Positions 37,411 through 50,951 of a stretch of 64,000 nucleotides of DNA are shown piece after piece. A program made the position numbers and the translations under genes. The DNA comes from Lytechinus pictus. Lineage: Eukaryota. The notes below the pieces were generated by a model. That model had not been told where the DNA came from. It did not search any database and was given only the letters and a program-made list of their open reading frames with translations. Within the stretch, counting starts at the first letter, position 1, and each line of letters starts with the position of its first letter. Where the stretch lies: the NCBI RefSeq assembly GCF_037042905.1, contig NC_087251.1:41604001-41668000 (forward strand), given 5' to 3'.

Positions 37411-40400
37411 TAGATAAGTATAATATCCCTTATTGTGGTAATCATGAAAAGGGGGTTATACAATGGGGATTTTGCGTGTTATCAAACCCTAAGCCAATGA
37501 TAAACGTATATGGTCACGTGATGCAGTTTTGACCGATCAGTGATTGGAATCTTGTTATGAAGTGTACTAATATTCATATTGTTATCGTTTATTGATTTAT
37601 TATATTTTCCATCAGGTAATGAATGTAATAAATGACATATCTCTTGTACAACCATATAAATACGAGAGACTGAATAATTTTATTTAGGGAAAAGCAAATA
37701 GAGAAAAGAGGAAACAAAAATTAAAGGCTAACATGAGATTGATCGTAAGTGAAAGAAGGAAAAAAAAAAAAGTTTTGCATCGACCGAAGTTTTGAAGAAA
37801 ACGTCCTTGTATTGCACTGCCGCGCGTTGTTTCTTATCCTTCTGCATGACATCATTCTCCATATACCTCAATCAAATTGAAGTACGGTTAGATACTCATC
37901 ACGAACTCGTCTCCTTCATCATGGCACATGTATAAATGCATCTCAATGTGGTTTTAATCAGACGAGCTCATCTTTGAAGACATGCATGAGAGACACATAA
38001 CAGGGGCTAATAATATGGCTCCCTGTTTATTGGTATTATGGGAAAACAAATTAATATAAAGTAAATGTTCAATAACTGTACTGCTCGAACAATATTTTTT
38101 ATAAAAATCATATCAGATGCAGGGGGTGTTTTGGGGGCGAAATACTTGTATTCAATTCGATTCAATCAGTGGTTTATTAAGTATAATTATCAAAACATGA
38201 TAAAACGTCAACATGCTCTATAAGATGAACTTGTTTACAACAAAAATATATCAAGTTTATTCACAGGCAAAACACACAAAACACAAAAATGTAAAAAGTT
38301 ATGGCATGTTTGAAAAGGGTTCATAAACACATTTCTTAAAAATTTACTGCAGATAAGAATTCCTCAAGTACAGAATATAATTTAATACACATTATTAAAT
38401 GAATAAATCAGATTTCACAAAGTGCTCAAGATTACAATTGGTGAATTGAAATGGAGTCTAAAGAATGAATTATAAAATTTTATTAAGTGCAGGTTGTGAA
38501 TATGTTTTTTTAATGAAGTAAATCTATAAAATATGACAATAGACATTTTTAAATTGATGTAAAATAAACAATATAGAAAATAAAGTACGACGCATAGATT
38601 ATTACATTAATCCTTATTCGTCTTCATTTCTACGTCTATTTCTGAGGTAAATCGATGCCCATGGTTGTCCAATATTATATAAACATTGTAGGTCAACATT
38701 TGTTCTTATACAATTTATCAATATATAAAACTGAAATTGGACTAAAGTTTATCAGAAAATTCCCTTTTGATATTTCATAAAATGGTCGGCGCAAGGGAGA
38801 AGTATGATGTCATAATATTTCTGTAGTTAGTATACTCCCTCGCTTCAGCGATTCCCATCCATCCCTTTCTCCCGCTCTACGGGGGTCGAGAGATCGCATC
38901 TTCTGATTGCCAAGACATCCCTTCGTACTCTCTTCGAAAACCTCTCTCGCATAGAGAGAATAGATAAAGAGAGATGCATTGAGTGAAATGAGGAAAATAC
39001 TGTTGGATGGACATCAAGGTCAGGTGATGAATGTAATCCCAGGACCAGTGTCAAGTATACGGGTAATCACAACAGGTTTGCTACAACCTGTTAACAAGAA
39101 TTTAAATAACACTTTATTCCATCATCATACATTTAAAGAGATTATTGGCTTGTGGCAAAGGACTTGTATGTTATGACTTGTTAGCACTCCAGTTAACGAT
39201 TTCGAAAGAGAAACATCCTTTCTTTTGAAATTATGTGATATTAAAAACGACATTATGCATGATAAGTATCATAAATGAAAATTATTTACACATGCATTTC
39301 TTGGAGATTTTCTTGGCAGGAACGGTTTTGAATTTAACATATCTGTATAATTTTCTTTATCGTTCTTTAATGATTACAGATGAGTGTTATTTTTTTTCCT
39401 ACATTATTATTTCTTTTTAAAATGTTGATATCTTTAGGAATGTTATGTTTGTCTGTACGTGCAACTTAAATGCGTGAGTTGCAGTTGTCAGGTATTTAAT
39501 TTCCTTTAAAATATCAAGATAAATTAGCCATTGTGCAGGTGTAGATTGTATGATTTCTGTAATTATATTCAACATCGAGTTTTTTTTCCGTCGAAGTTAT
39601 ATAGTCGTGATATTAAAAATAATTTGAACTGCGCTTCCTTTTCAAACGGCTGAATATGAATAAGTGAGACCATGACCAGAAAACAACAAATACGTCCTTC
39701 GATTTGCATGTTTTCCTATTGTTGTTTGTACATTTTCTCCTCGTTTCCCAGCCTTGGGGCGGGAAACAAAAATAAAACCAGCAAATCGCTTCCCCTTTCT
39801 ATAAGAGTCAATCGTCATTATAGATTTGGAGTAAGCTTGTGAACATTATCTTAACAGTTCTTTCCGAGTTGTGTCCTCTTCAATGAAACTGACTGCCCTT
39901 AGCTAGTAGTAAACAACTATTCAAACGACGATCGCACGCGCCTCCAATATCCATACCATCAACAAGACTCCGTAGAAATGAAAAGAATATTTGAAGAGAC
40001 GGGGGTTATTTTTTCCCGCCCTAAATCCAGGTTAAATCGGCTAACGGGTGTTTTCTATGTTGACCCTACACAATTCCTATCATTGCTGTTCCAATATGGC
40101 ACGAAGGCTTAATTTCAATGAGAGATAATCGCTCATCGAGATTAGAATGTAATTCACTGGATAGTTAGATATTGTTAGGGTGATTGTTAAAATCAAATGT
40201 TAAACACAGACTAAGATGGTTTATACCTAACGGCTTAAAATGGCACGAGAATTACGTAAAAACCACGGTTGCTAACATGTTTACTACAAGAGGCACGCAC
40301 TGTAGAAATCTCCAAGACGCTTTCGCGTGCCGATTCTTCTTGAAAATACCATAAACTTGATTTTTTAAATGATTATTTATTATTATATGTAAATGTATAC

Positions 40401-40484
40401 TGATGATTTAATTCTCATCTCTTTATACGCATCGAGCACTCCACAGAGTGGATTTGGCGCTTTATAAGTCACAATATTATTATC

Positions 40485-40516
<32 letters not shown>

Positions 40517-40637
40517 CATTATATTGGTATTTTATTGCAATGAATGTAATACGTCATTTATTTTAACAAAATCGTCAAATGTTTATGGGGCAACTTAGAA
40601 AAATTGAGGTTTTTAAACCCATATTCTCGTCATCTAA

Positions 40638-40901
40638 GGGTCGTGTGGTCCAGTGGTTAGAGCATTGGACTCATAATCGCAAGGTTGTGAGTTCGAATCC
40701 CAACTCTGCCATTGTCTCCACTTTGATAAAAAGGCCCAAGAGTGATATCTGTCGTCTATTACGTCAGCCACTATGACTGATTAATCTAGACGTAAAATGT
40801 TTCCAAGGTAATTGGTTATATACCAGCTTGGCGTTTACCAGCAAAATGCTGTCCTGCCGAGTTCCTACGGGAGTTACCACAAACAGAAACAGAAACAGAA
40901 A
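40638..40901 (+). mobile_element. tRNA-derived SINE (CAT anticodon-like loop) with (AAACAG)n tail
   Basis: A-box TGGTCCAGTGG, loop CTCATAA, B-box GTTCGAATCC, ~190-nt body, AAACAG repeats. Diverged sister copy at 41316. Confidence 0.85.
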
Positions 40902-41315
40902 TCTAAGATTTGAATATATTCATAACATACTAAATCAAAGAGTGCGAATGATGTAATCAGTTTCGATTCTGTTCAGTTGAGGTGCATAAACCAATAGTCC
41001 TTTCGGGAATTAATTTCATTATAATCATCTCTCACATGCAGCAAATTATTCGCATCGCTCTGTTGGTAAAAATGAATGCTTATTTGCCCTGTCATTAGCC
41101 CTTTAAAAATATCATAAAATCATTGAAAAATTAATTCACTGTGACAATTATGTTCAAGGGTAATTGTGGGTGTGTGTGTACATTAAAAGATTGTGGGTGA
41201 GGGTTTTCAATGGATGGAATATTTGTGTTTAAGTCTGTCATGTGCAAGGGTTAAGGTCAATGGTGTGACCGTGCCAGGATTCCTTAACTATCGCACACAA
41301 TCATTGCGCGCTAGA

Positions 41316-41556
41316 GGGTCGTGTGGTGTAGCGGTTAGAACATTGGACTCATGAACGTAAGATTGTTAGTTCAAATCCCCACTTCGGCTACCGTTCCCAC
41401 TTTAATCGTAAAAAGGACCCTAGAGTAATTTCTGCCGTGTATAAGGTCAGTCTCTGTGACTGATTTATAACTTGGATGTAAAATATCCCCTACGTTACTG
41501 GTTATATCAGCTTGGCGTTATGGAGCAGAAACATAGAAAGCTGTTACCATAACAGG
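41316..41556 (+). mobile_element. Second, more diverged copy of the same SINE
   Basis: GGGTCGTGTGGTGTAGCGGTTAGAACATTGGACTCATG...GTTCAAATCCC...TGGTTATATCAGCTTGGCGTT aligns with 40638-40840. Confidence 0.8.
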
Positions 41557-41667
41557 AAGAGAAAAAAGAGTGTTGGTGAGAGGGTATGTGCGTAGAGAGA
41601 CAGTGATTGAGGGTATGCTAGATAGGATGTGTGTGTGCGTATATACAAAACATTGGAGTAAGGGTGA

Positions 41668-41919
41668 GGGTGTGTTTGGGGATAAATGTGTGTGTGGGTG
41701 TGTTTGGGGATACATGTGTGTGCGGGTGTGTTTGGGGATAAATGTGTGTGAGGGTGTGTTTGGGGATGAATGTGTGTGTGGGTGTGTTTGGGGATAAATG
41801 TGTGTGCGGGTGTGTTTGGGGATAAATGTGTGTGAGGGTGTGTTTGGGGATTAATGTGTGTGAGGGTGTGTTTGGGGATTAATGTGTGTGTGGGTGTGTT
41901 TGGGGATAAATGTGTGTGT
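41668..41919. repeat. Minisatellite, 9 x 28 bp (GGGTGTGTTTGGGGATAAATGTGTGTGH)
   Basis: Nine consecutive units counted directly. Confidence 0.95.
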
Positions 41920-42682
41920 GGGTGTGGGTGCGATGGTGTGTGCGCATCCGATGGTGTGGTTTTGGGATGGTGCGTGTGTTTGTGATAGAATGAATGGATA
42001 GGTGGATGTCTTGATGGATGAAATGCGTGTGTTTATGTCTGTTCCGTGTGTATTGGTGTGGGTGTGCATTAGTATGGGTGGGTGTGCTCTATAGGTGTGT
42101 GTGCTAAACCCCGTGATCGTCATATTGATATAAGTATAAGTTGTCACTGTATGTATTCTTTATTCTGGGCCCCAATTAAACCAGTCTATTTATGTACATT
42201 TCTATCAACGATTTACAATTATGAAGCTTAGATTCATAAATAAAATTACAGTGACAAATATTCAAAATGGGTAATATATACCTATGCCGTTATACTTTAT
42301 AAATAATCGTACTATTCGCGGATAGAATCTATGGACGTTATGACATATTTTTACATTTTCATGCATAAAATGCGTACTTTGGCAATCTATGTAGCATTAT
42401 ATATTGTTCTATATGTACGTGATGACTTTTAGTTAAAGATTTTCTTCTACATTTCAAGTTTGGCTCTATAGTTCTTGAAGTACATTGTATAGCGTTAACT
42501 ACAAAGTGAAATATATAACTAACTCTCTCCGATAATAAACAGAGAGAGTTTTTTTTTACTGTTTCGGTTTAGCCCCCCCCCCCCCACCAAAAGGAGGGGG
42601 CAATAATTTCTAGTTGTAGACTCTATCATGCCTGCACTCATCACCGTAAAATAAAAGAAATGCGTGTGTCTCCCCTCAATGA

Positions 42683-42721
<39 letters not shown>

Positions 42722-43912
42722 TGTCATGCATTGTAAGTGCGAGAATTTAGATAATATCAAAAGACGATATCCATATAATATGATATTTGATCATCTGATT
42801 GAGACACTAACATCATTTCCCTCCAACCATCGTAATGAAAACGATTTATTTATCCATTCCATGTGTGCCACTGCTTTCTGAAATGCAAGCAATATTTATT
42901 TATTTCGTTTTGTTTACCCAGGGTAACCTCATCAGTGGACTAAGCATCATATTAAATGAAACATGATCATCTCTATCAAAATATTTGATGCTTTAATCAT
43001 ATTAGGCGCCCTAGAAATTTCTTTTTATATCTATATTACTATTTGTTTGTGGGGCTATTCTGTCGTTGTGAATATGGAAAAAAAATATCAGTGGTTTAGT
43101 ATGAATTGACATAAAATAAGTATGATTCCAAGAAAATGTAGTACAATTTTAGGTTCTTCTCTGCGAGTCTGGACATATGATATGAATGATTTTATCACTT
43201 GTTTTTGTTAAGCAGGAGTTCGGTGTTGGTATTGCTTGCGGCAATGAGGGAAGTATATCTTTAACCCAACTACTTGGAGTGTTTTGAAGAGGGACCATTT
43301 CCAAATAGTGCATCCTGATTACCGCTGACCTCTTCCCCAAATGGAAAGTGAGTGGGAAAATATTTGGCGTATTCTACCACTAAGGCCCGGTCCGCATCGT
43401 TTCACATGTCCTTCTTCTCGACAATTCTCTTCAAATCAGAGTTCTGCTCCACTCAACAAAATAATGCAAGAAACACTTAAAATCAAGGAACAATGTACAT
43501 CTACTGACTACCCAAACGAATCCAGGGCAGTCACCTACGATAAGTTCTTTTTTTTCTCATTCCCCACTTTTTTTTTTTTTTTTTTTTTTTTAGTTGACTA
43601 CCCTTTTGTATAGTTTTCATCTTCTATGAATAGCGGCCTCGATGCTACCATTGGCATGTCGAAGTATCTACTTTGAAGTTAGGTCTATCGCAGTGATAGA
43701 CACATTTAAACTCGAAAAGCAGTAGTATAAGAGAAGACAGTTAACTCGTAAATGAGATTTGGAGCGAATGAATGAGTGGAACTGTGGGAGAGGGGGGATA
43801 CGGATTGGAAAGGGTAACTGAATTATCAAAATATTGCAATTTGTAGCATACAACATTAACAAATTCATTTTAAGTAATCAAAATTTCCCTATAAGAATCT
43901 GTATATGAGTAA

Positions 43913-44068
43913 TACCACAGTCACATTTGCTCCATGGAGCTACTAACGCCGTGCAGCGAGTCCAAAACCGCCGTTTTAACATTTTTTGGGTAATAGCTAA
44001 TATGGTTTGAATAAAAATTGATAAAACGGCTGTTTTCGACTCGCCGTAGAGAAAATGTGACTGAGGTA
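43913..44068. mobile_element. Hairpin MITE with TAA target-site duplication (Harbinger-like)
   Basis: TAA|TACCACAGTCACATTT ... AAATGTGACTGAGGTA|TAA, with inner inverted arms GCGAGTC.AAAAC.GCCGTTTT / AAAACGGCTGTTTTCGACTCGC. Confidence 0.8.
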
Positions 44069-44629
44069 TAATTGATATTGCTTCAAACCTTTCGTTGTAA
44101 AGAAGAATGAAAGTTCTGGGAATTCACTGAATGTTTAGTGTACAATTTCGATGATAAATTCGTACTCCGGCTGAACTTTTAAGCTATTCTTGTTACAGTT
44201 AAGGAATGCACTTGTAATATTACCACGTTTGAAACAGCGATAGCGATATCCACCGTGTTTTGATTACGACAAAAATCAAGATAATGTACCATGGTTGCCA
44301 GGGGTTTTGCTCATTTATTGGTAGCTTTCGTCGGCGCACAATATTTCTGCCTGGCAGACATTATTCTTGAAAATAATCAGTGCGCATCTTTGCTATGTCT
44401 GTGAGTTGGGACCGTGTGTGTGTTCATCTGCAATGATCCCCATCCTAGGGGAAATTAATCCACTTGCTTTGATTTTGTCCACGTGACCAATTGGAAGTGA
44501 AGTCGGATATCGGTAAGATCGGTTAAGGTTGAAACGTGAGCGGTTCAAAGTTTGATTTGTTGTCAGAGTAATGAATAGCGTGTTACAGCTATATTCAATT
44601 ATTTCCTTACGGTTGATAAAAAAACATTA

Positions 44630-45116
44630 TGTTAATACAACTTACAAGACAGAGAAATAATATATTTGTGCCACATTCACGCTTAAGTCTACAACAGATG
44701 AACTCTATTAAACATAAAGGGGCTCAGTTTTTGGAATAATCTTGACCCACTTCTAAAAAGAATGACCACCGTTACCTAATTTAAAGCTAAAATTAAACAT
44801 CTTCTTGCCACTTACCAGTGATTCCTTTGAACCAAAACTAAATAAACAGTGATTTATTCTGTACTGTTTTGTCATGTATTATAAATACTGTAACTCATTT
44901 CGTTTAATATACACATTATTCTTTCCTTTGTTGTTATTCAAACTGTATTTATTTGGTGTATTTGTATCACTGTAATTTATTTGTCATGGATCCCCGTACT
45001 TTTCAAGCCTTTGGCTTTCCTTTCGGGTGTTTGATCCTCGAATTTTACAATGTATAATATCTACTGAACTTATTTTTACCTAATAAAAAAATTGAATTGA
45101 ATTGAAATTGAAATTG
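44630..45116 (+). mobile_element. LINE (CR1/L2-like) 3' fragment: decayed ORF2 C-terminus, 3' UTR, (AATTG)n tail
   Basis: Translates with frameshift/stop to RQRNNIFVPHSRL...KHKGAQ/FWNNLDPLLK...*FKAKIK, resembling the 'G...WN.LP..LK....FK..LK' ORF2 end. AATAAA + AATTG repeats. Confidence 0.7.
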
Positions 45117-47633
45117 GTTTGTTTTCAGAGGTAGATTTTCCTTGCACTAGAATTCTCGCCGTTCTAAATCTTTCAAGATGATAATTACGATCTTTAAGTG
45201 CTCATACATTAGTCTTCATAGATCAAGCTCAAGTTTTCCTTCATCATGTTCACATTTAATATTTATTGCCAGTTTGATGTCGATCGAGGACCGCACGGGT
45301 TGCAGTATTTAAAAGCTGATTCCCCCTTTTCAGTGATAAATGGTAAGACTGAAAAATATTGGTAAATTTTACTTGCATATATATATAGATAGGACATTTT
45401 ATAATTGTACGAAAATAATTAACACTAAATATTATTTTGTCTGTTCAGTAATACTTTCACTTGAGTGTAGGTCTACAATTTACATCGTGTCTAATCAATT
45501 TACGCAATATATCTTATTTTCCATGTATTTTCTTATAACCACTTAGTGTATTTCGTAACAAAATCGTAACAAAACGTTGGCATTTTTCAATTTTTTCATT
45601 TTTCAATTTTCAATGTGGCTCGATCTGTACCAATGATGAAGTATCATTAAAAAGATCTACGGACTGATCTCCGGTTATATTACTAATCTCGAATTCAAGT
45701 ATTTTAAGCAAGTAGCACTTAGTTTTTGAAATAGTATCAAATACAGAATACTGATTAGTCTTCTATGAGGGATTAGATGGAGGTATGTAGTGTAATTTCG
45801 GGGTTATTCAGCCTGGATCTGAGTTTGTGAACGTGGACATAACGACGTGTATTCCCCGTGAACAAACATAAAAGGGTGAGCAATTTCATTGTGGTGTTGG
45901 AAAGGTTTCACATCTCTCACGCTTGTTTTTTGCTTCCCAAAAGAAGGTCAAAATAAAAGCTTTTGTCCACCCCTTAATTAAGCTTGGGATTCCATTAGAG
46001 TTTTGCTCCCGTAGAGAATACATGTCGGAAGAAAAGACGTTAACAAGATACGCGGTCCACTTAAGCGTTATTGTTCCCCATTTCTAAAAAGATCTTGAGA
46101 GTTTTTTGTGGCGTGGCGAAAGAGTGGGTCGTGAGGTAATATCCTGCAAAGTTGGTTTTGCTTTTTCTTCTTTTCCCTTTCTCTTTGGTTCGACGACGAT
46201 ACCCTTTTCTTTAGCTACCATCGTCTTTTAATCATTTATCTTCTTGTATTCATTATAATGCTGTGCTTGAATGGTTTCTCATCAGTCTCTGATAGCAAGC
46301 AGGAAGTTATCTCTTCAAGTCAAATCACACGGGAAAGGTAATTACACTGGCGGGATGATTATATTAAATAAAAACAATCATAGATTTTTACTTAACGGAA
46401 ATGGGCTTACTCCTTTAAGAAACATTAAATTTATATGCTATCTAACCTAATACGTACGCTTCTGTCTAATGTAACTGTCAAAAAGTCTATTGTTGGAAAT
46501 AGAATTAACATAAAGGAAGAACTTCGAATAATGAAAGCCCTTATAATTCTAAAGATTAAAAATTAGCCGTATTATGCATGGTTTGCGTTAATGTGTTGTT
46601 AATATTTTTAAATCTACAGTATGGAATTGCCGGCAATTATAATTTGCCTCTTTATTTGTTTTGTTGCTGATGATTTCACCAGAAGCGTACTGGCTTTTTA
46701 GCAAATTCCATCACATTCCTTATGTATAAAACATGGACTTATGTGTCTTGATCATAACATAATTTAACTTGGTACGAAGTAATCGGACCTTTTTCCAATA
46801 ATTATAAAGGGAGTTTAATAATTTTTTTTACCAAGATGCATCATCAAGATCAACGATCGATGATTCTGCTTAAGGGAAAAGATGACAAGCTTTATTTTCA
46901 TGTGTGAGATGGGTATGATATAGGAATCATGACAGTTTAGGAGAGAGTTGATTGAACTTGCCAAGGGGTATATAGCTTGTGACGCTACAAATACCACCAA
47001 AAAAAACTCTCGCTTTACTCTTCTTTTATTTCATTTCTTTGCTTCTTGAATACCCCCTTTTCTCTTTCATCCTTATCATGGCCCGCTGATCAAACTAAAA
47101 GAATCATGGCAGGCACTCCTGGCACTCTTCAAACCTAACAATATACTCTTCCAGTCTTTATTGAGAATCAAGGAATCCTATTCTAAGCAGACATAAAAAA
47201 CCCAATCTATTCATGATCACTGAATTGATGCATTTCTAAGGTTTTTGGCACCGTCGTGAAAGTAAAGTGTGGATGGAAAGATCTTACGATCTGTCATCAG
47301 TTTCCTCTCCTTTTTTTACAAAGATTTTTGTCCTAAGATTTGTATGTAATAAATGATATTACATCTTTAAAAATATGCATGATTCCAAGAGATTTATGTC
47401 TTTCTTTTAAGTAGGCTTACATGGACCATTCTCTTTAGAACCAAACAGATCGTACATAAAGAGCAATTTATTCATCGGTGAACAAATCATTCAATTCAGC
47501 TTCTCATTTACTATTTAATGACAAGTGTCACATCATATCTTGCTTGTGTGTATTCCGGTGCTCATATAATATTAAATATTCCCGAAGAAGACCAGGAACG
47601 TTTACCAGACATGCCAGAAGAAAGCAAACATAA

Positions 47634-48792
47634 AGGCTCGGTCCCACTGCACTTACGGATGCAAAGAGGATGTATAACGGAAAAATCGTATCATCCGTGG
47701 GAAACGCGATGCATCTGTTGTGTACTCATTGTATACGTACTTCATACGCTCTATCCATCGAGCATTAATTTTGTCCACTGTGATTTCACTGATCCGCGCA
47801 AAAAGTTTTGAGCTGCACAAACCTTTTACAACGGATGAACGTTCCGCCGTGTATGATGTAAATCCGCAACATATACGAGCAACAAATGTTCCATGCCCGT
47901 AATCATCCGTTAAACGTCCGCTGTATCCTCTCTGCATCCTCTGTACATCCTCGCAACTCAGATCCACTGAAGCTGAACAACGGAAAGAGGGATGAAAGAT
48001 AAGGTACATGGAACCTCTATATCGTTAGAAACACGGAAATAGAGAGGATGTAAGCGTATGCATCTAGTCTATAAAGTATTTAAAAACCCCGGTAACCCCT
48101 TCGGAGCTTCGGTGCTGAATGAAAAGTTCACGAGCCCCCCCCCCCCCCAAAAAAAAAAAAAAAAAAAACAGTTAAAAAAAGGGGATGGTTTGAACCCCTG
48201 TAACCACCCCCCCCCCCCTGCGTACGCTACTGCGTCCATTCTTTTCCGTTATGTTTCCACAAATTTTTCGCTAATTGTGTCCATTTCTGGAGCGGATATA
48301 AACTGATGTATAAATTAAAATCAAACAACAAAACGTGTTATTTTCTAAAATTCCATGCTAAGGACCAAGCATCTCCCTCCCCCCCCCCCCCAGTCCCTCA
48401 TGCACCTGCACGTTTAATGACAATAGATATTAATTATTTTGGCTATATTCCAGGGTTGTTACGTTTTCAAGCTTTGCTTTTGTGACGACCCTTGTTACAA
48501 TCCTATTTATTGTGTAACAGAAAATACCACTTAATGATTTTCATTTATGTAAGATATGTTTGAGGATTTATATACAAAACTATTGTTCATTATCTTGATG
48601 TCAAGTTTCAGATATGTATTTTCATGTCCAGAATTTTGTTATGAAAAATGTTGCAAAAACCAATAAATGAAATGAAATGAAATGAAATGAAATGAAATGA
48701 AATGAAATGATGGATGCACCCCCGAAATGTTTCTCTTCCGATGTGTCCTTTATGAATACGTTTTGTATCCGTCGGCCAGTGGGACAGGGCCG
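47634..48792. mobile_element. Non-autonomous Harbinger-like element with nested LINE 3' end (~48450-48710, (GAAAT)n tail)
   Basis: TAA|AGGCTCGGTCCCACTG ... CAGTGGGACAGGGCCG|TAA; repeated internal ACGGAT/ATCCGT motifs. Confidence 0.6.
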
Positions 48793-50105
48793 TAAAGAAC
48801 ACGATTGGCCTTATGTAATTCAAAAAAGTAAATACCTATTCTGACCCGAAGCAAAGTACACCAACCATGACATTGTACGAGTTAATCAAGTAAATCAACT
48901 GATATCTCAAGAAAAATTCCTAAAGTTATTGCACGAAAATAATTACCATAACGTGCCTTCATGCAAATCAGAAAGCTTACCTGACGTAGCAAATGATAAT
49001 AGGTGGTTTAGAAAGAATTATGCTTGATATCTACGCTGAATTATATACCTCATATGAATAGACTCTAAACCCAATGTTTGAAAGTTGTGTTAAAACGCGA
49101 TATTATTTCTTTTTACTCTTTTCTTTATAAATAAGAATGTTAAGTCCTGAAAATCTAATGAATGAAAAAGGGAATGAATCTATCCATCATTTCATTTAAT
49201 CACCAATTATGTAATAAAATATTTTAGTAAAAAATATAGGTATTCATGTATATGAAACTTCATTTAGGTGATCGTTCAATCTTAATATATATTAGTAATG
49301 ACTCACTAAATGAAAAAAATATTAGAATATGAAATGTAACCTGTGATATTCACTTCTTTTACATAATTAGTAATCATGTACTCTTCTTCTACTTCTTCAT
49401 TTAAATATGCAGCATATAAAATGAAGAATGTATTGTAGGATATATGTCTATACATCGTAATCTTTGTATCATGGATAACATATTTTATTAAGACATTAGT
49501 TCTTGCGTATAAAAGGACAACACATATATCGTTATTCAATAATTAACCTAACAATTCATATTCTTTATCTATGTTCTGCACGGGGGAAGAAAAGATGATG
49601 TACTCGAAATCACAAATGTGCTCCCATATCGCTTCTTTCAGTACAAACATACTACCACCAGTGCATAAACCCATCCAAATTAAAAAAAGTTTAATAGATG
49701 AACGAAAGGGGAAAGGTAGCTACAATGGGATTATGACCCACGTTTCTTATACGTCAGATCAGAAATTCTCCAAAATGAATTGTATTATATAAAAATCTAT
49801 ATTTTCCCATTAAATCTTTGATAATTTTATCCAAACATCTTTTCCAAATCTATAAAAAAAAATAATTAATTATTATTATTATTTTTTTTTTTGGGGGGGT
49901 GGGGCTTTCATCGTTCACCAACGGGCTATTTGACAGAGGAACAAGCTGCAAAATTGAATCATACCATAACATTTTATCAACATGGAATATTGCACGAATA
50001 AATATGACAATGCCTTGTATTTATTCATCAAAATGAATATGTGGCCGACCAAAACATAATTATGATAAAATCGACAACAAACCCGATGTTTCTACGAAGA
50101 CCTTG

Positions 50106-50307
50106 GGGGCAATGCCGTAAAATAATCAACCTTTTTGTACATCCAACCCCCATTTTTCTCAAGTTTTACTTCACTTCATATACTGACCATGTCATGATCA
50201 TTTGAGAGCATTACAGACTGTCATGAGAACCAGAAATCAGAAACAGAAAATTTCACAAAGGTCCCACATACATGGGGTCGGACGCACATATTTTATCGAA
50301 TTGCCCC
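50106..50307. mobile_element. MITE with TTG duplication; second copy at 56046-56241
   Basis: TTG|GGGGCAAT ... ATTGCCCC|TTG. Body (AAGTTTTACTTCACTTCATA.ACTGACCA.GTCATG.TCATTTGAGAGCATTACAGACTGTCA) shared with the 56.0-kb copy. Confidence 0.8.
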
Positions 50308-50868
50308 TTGATAACAATGACAAGTACGTGTAAATCTGTCAAAATCTGCAAATACGTTGTTTGGCAAATGCATCTAATTATTTAATTATGTTTTTACTTA
50401 ATAATCATTTTTTATGATGTGCATGTGAAAAGCTTCAGTGTGTCTGTTTTTAGTATTTTCCGATTTTGCAGGATTAATAAGATCTATAAATTAATGCTTA
50501 ATATACAACTAAAGGGATGTTATGAGTGTATTCATAATAGAATCGAGAATATATACGAGAGTATAGTACACATCAGTTCTTCTGTCTTAGATCTTATATT
50601 CATTCGGATAAGCGAATAAATGATACGAATAAACAGATGTAGGATAAAATGAAGTTAAAGACATGAATATGAATATGACCATCTTATGTAACAAATAGAC
50701 GGACATTTCTCACCGATATGTGCATTTCTTATGATCTTACATTTTAATTTTAAGAGAGGTACTTATCAACAACTATATTATGCAATATCTTCTACAATCA
50801 TGATAATGGCAATGATGGTTATTTTAACATTCAGTCTGGGTTCCATAAGGATCAAATTTCTAATACAG

Positions 50869-50951
50869 GAATCTAATCTAGGCACAGCCTCATTCTAACG
50901 TCTGAAGTGTACTCGGCATCCAATCAAAACTTTGAGGAACCTTTCTTCACA
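50869..50951 (+). other. Candidate non-coding exon (alternative acceptor would start it at 50835)
   Basis: tttctaatacag or ttcag acceptor, CA|gtaagt donor at 50952, no ATG. Confidence 0.4.

Noticed and set aside
40638..40712. tRNA-Met gene (CAT loop, A/B boxes)
   Set aside because: Acceptor and anticodon stems pair poorly, and it continues into a body and tail shared with a second copy at 41316, so it is a SINE head.
41518..42147. ORFs with repeated CVCG/THTH motifs; CRISPR-like periodicity
   Set aside because: Translations of a 28-bp minisatellite and GT-rich DNA; no unique spacers; eukaryotic context.
47518..48009. Overlapping 97/118-aa ORFs as a transposase
   Set aside because: Lie within a non-autonomous TIR element made of repeated ACGGAT motifs; no DDE-like similarity visible.
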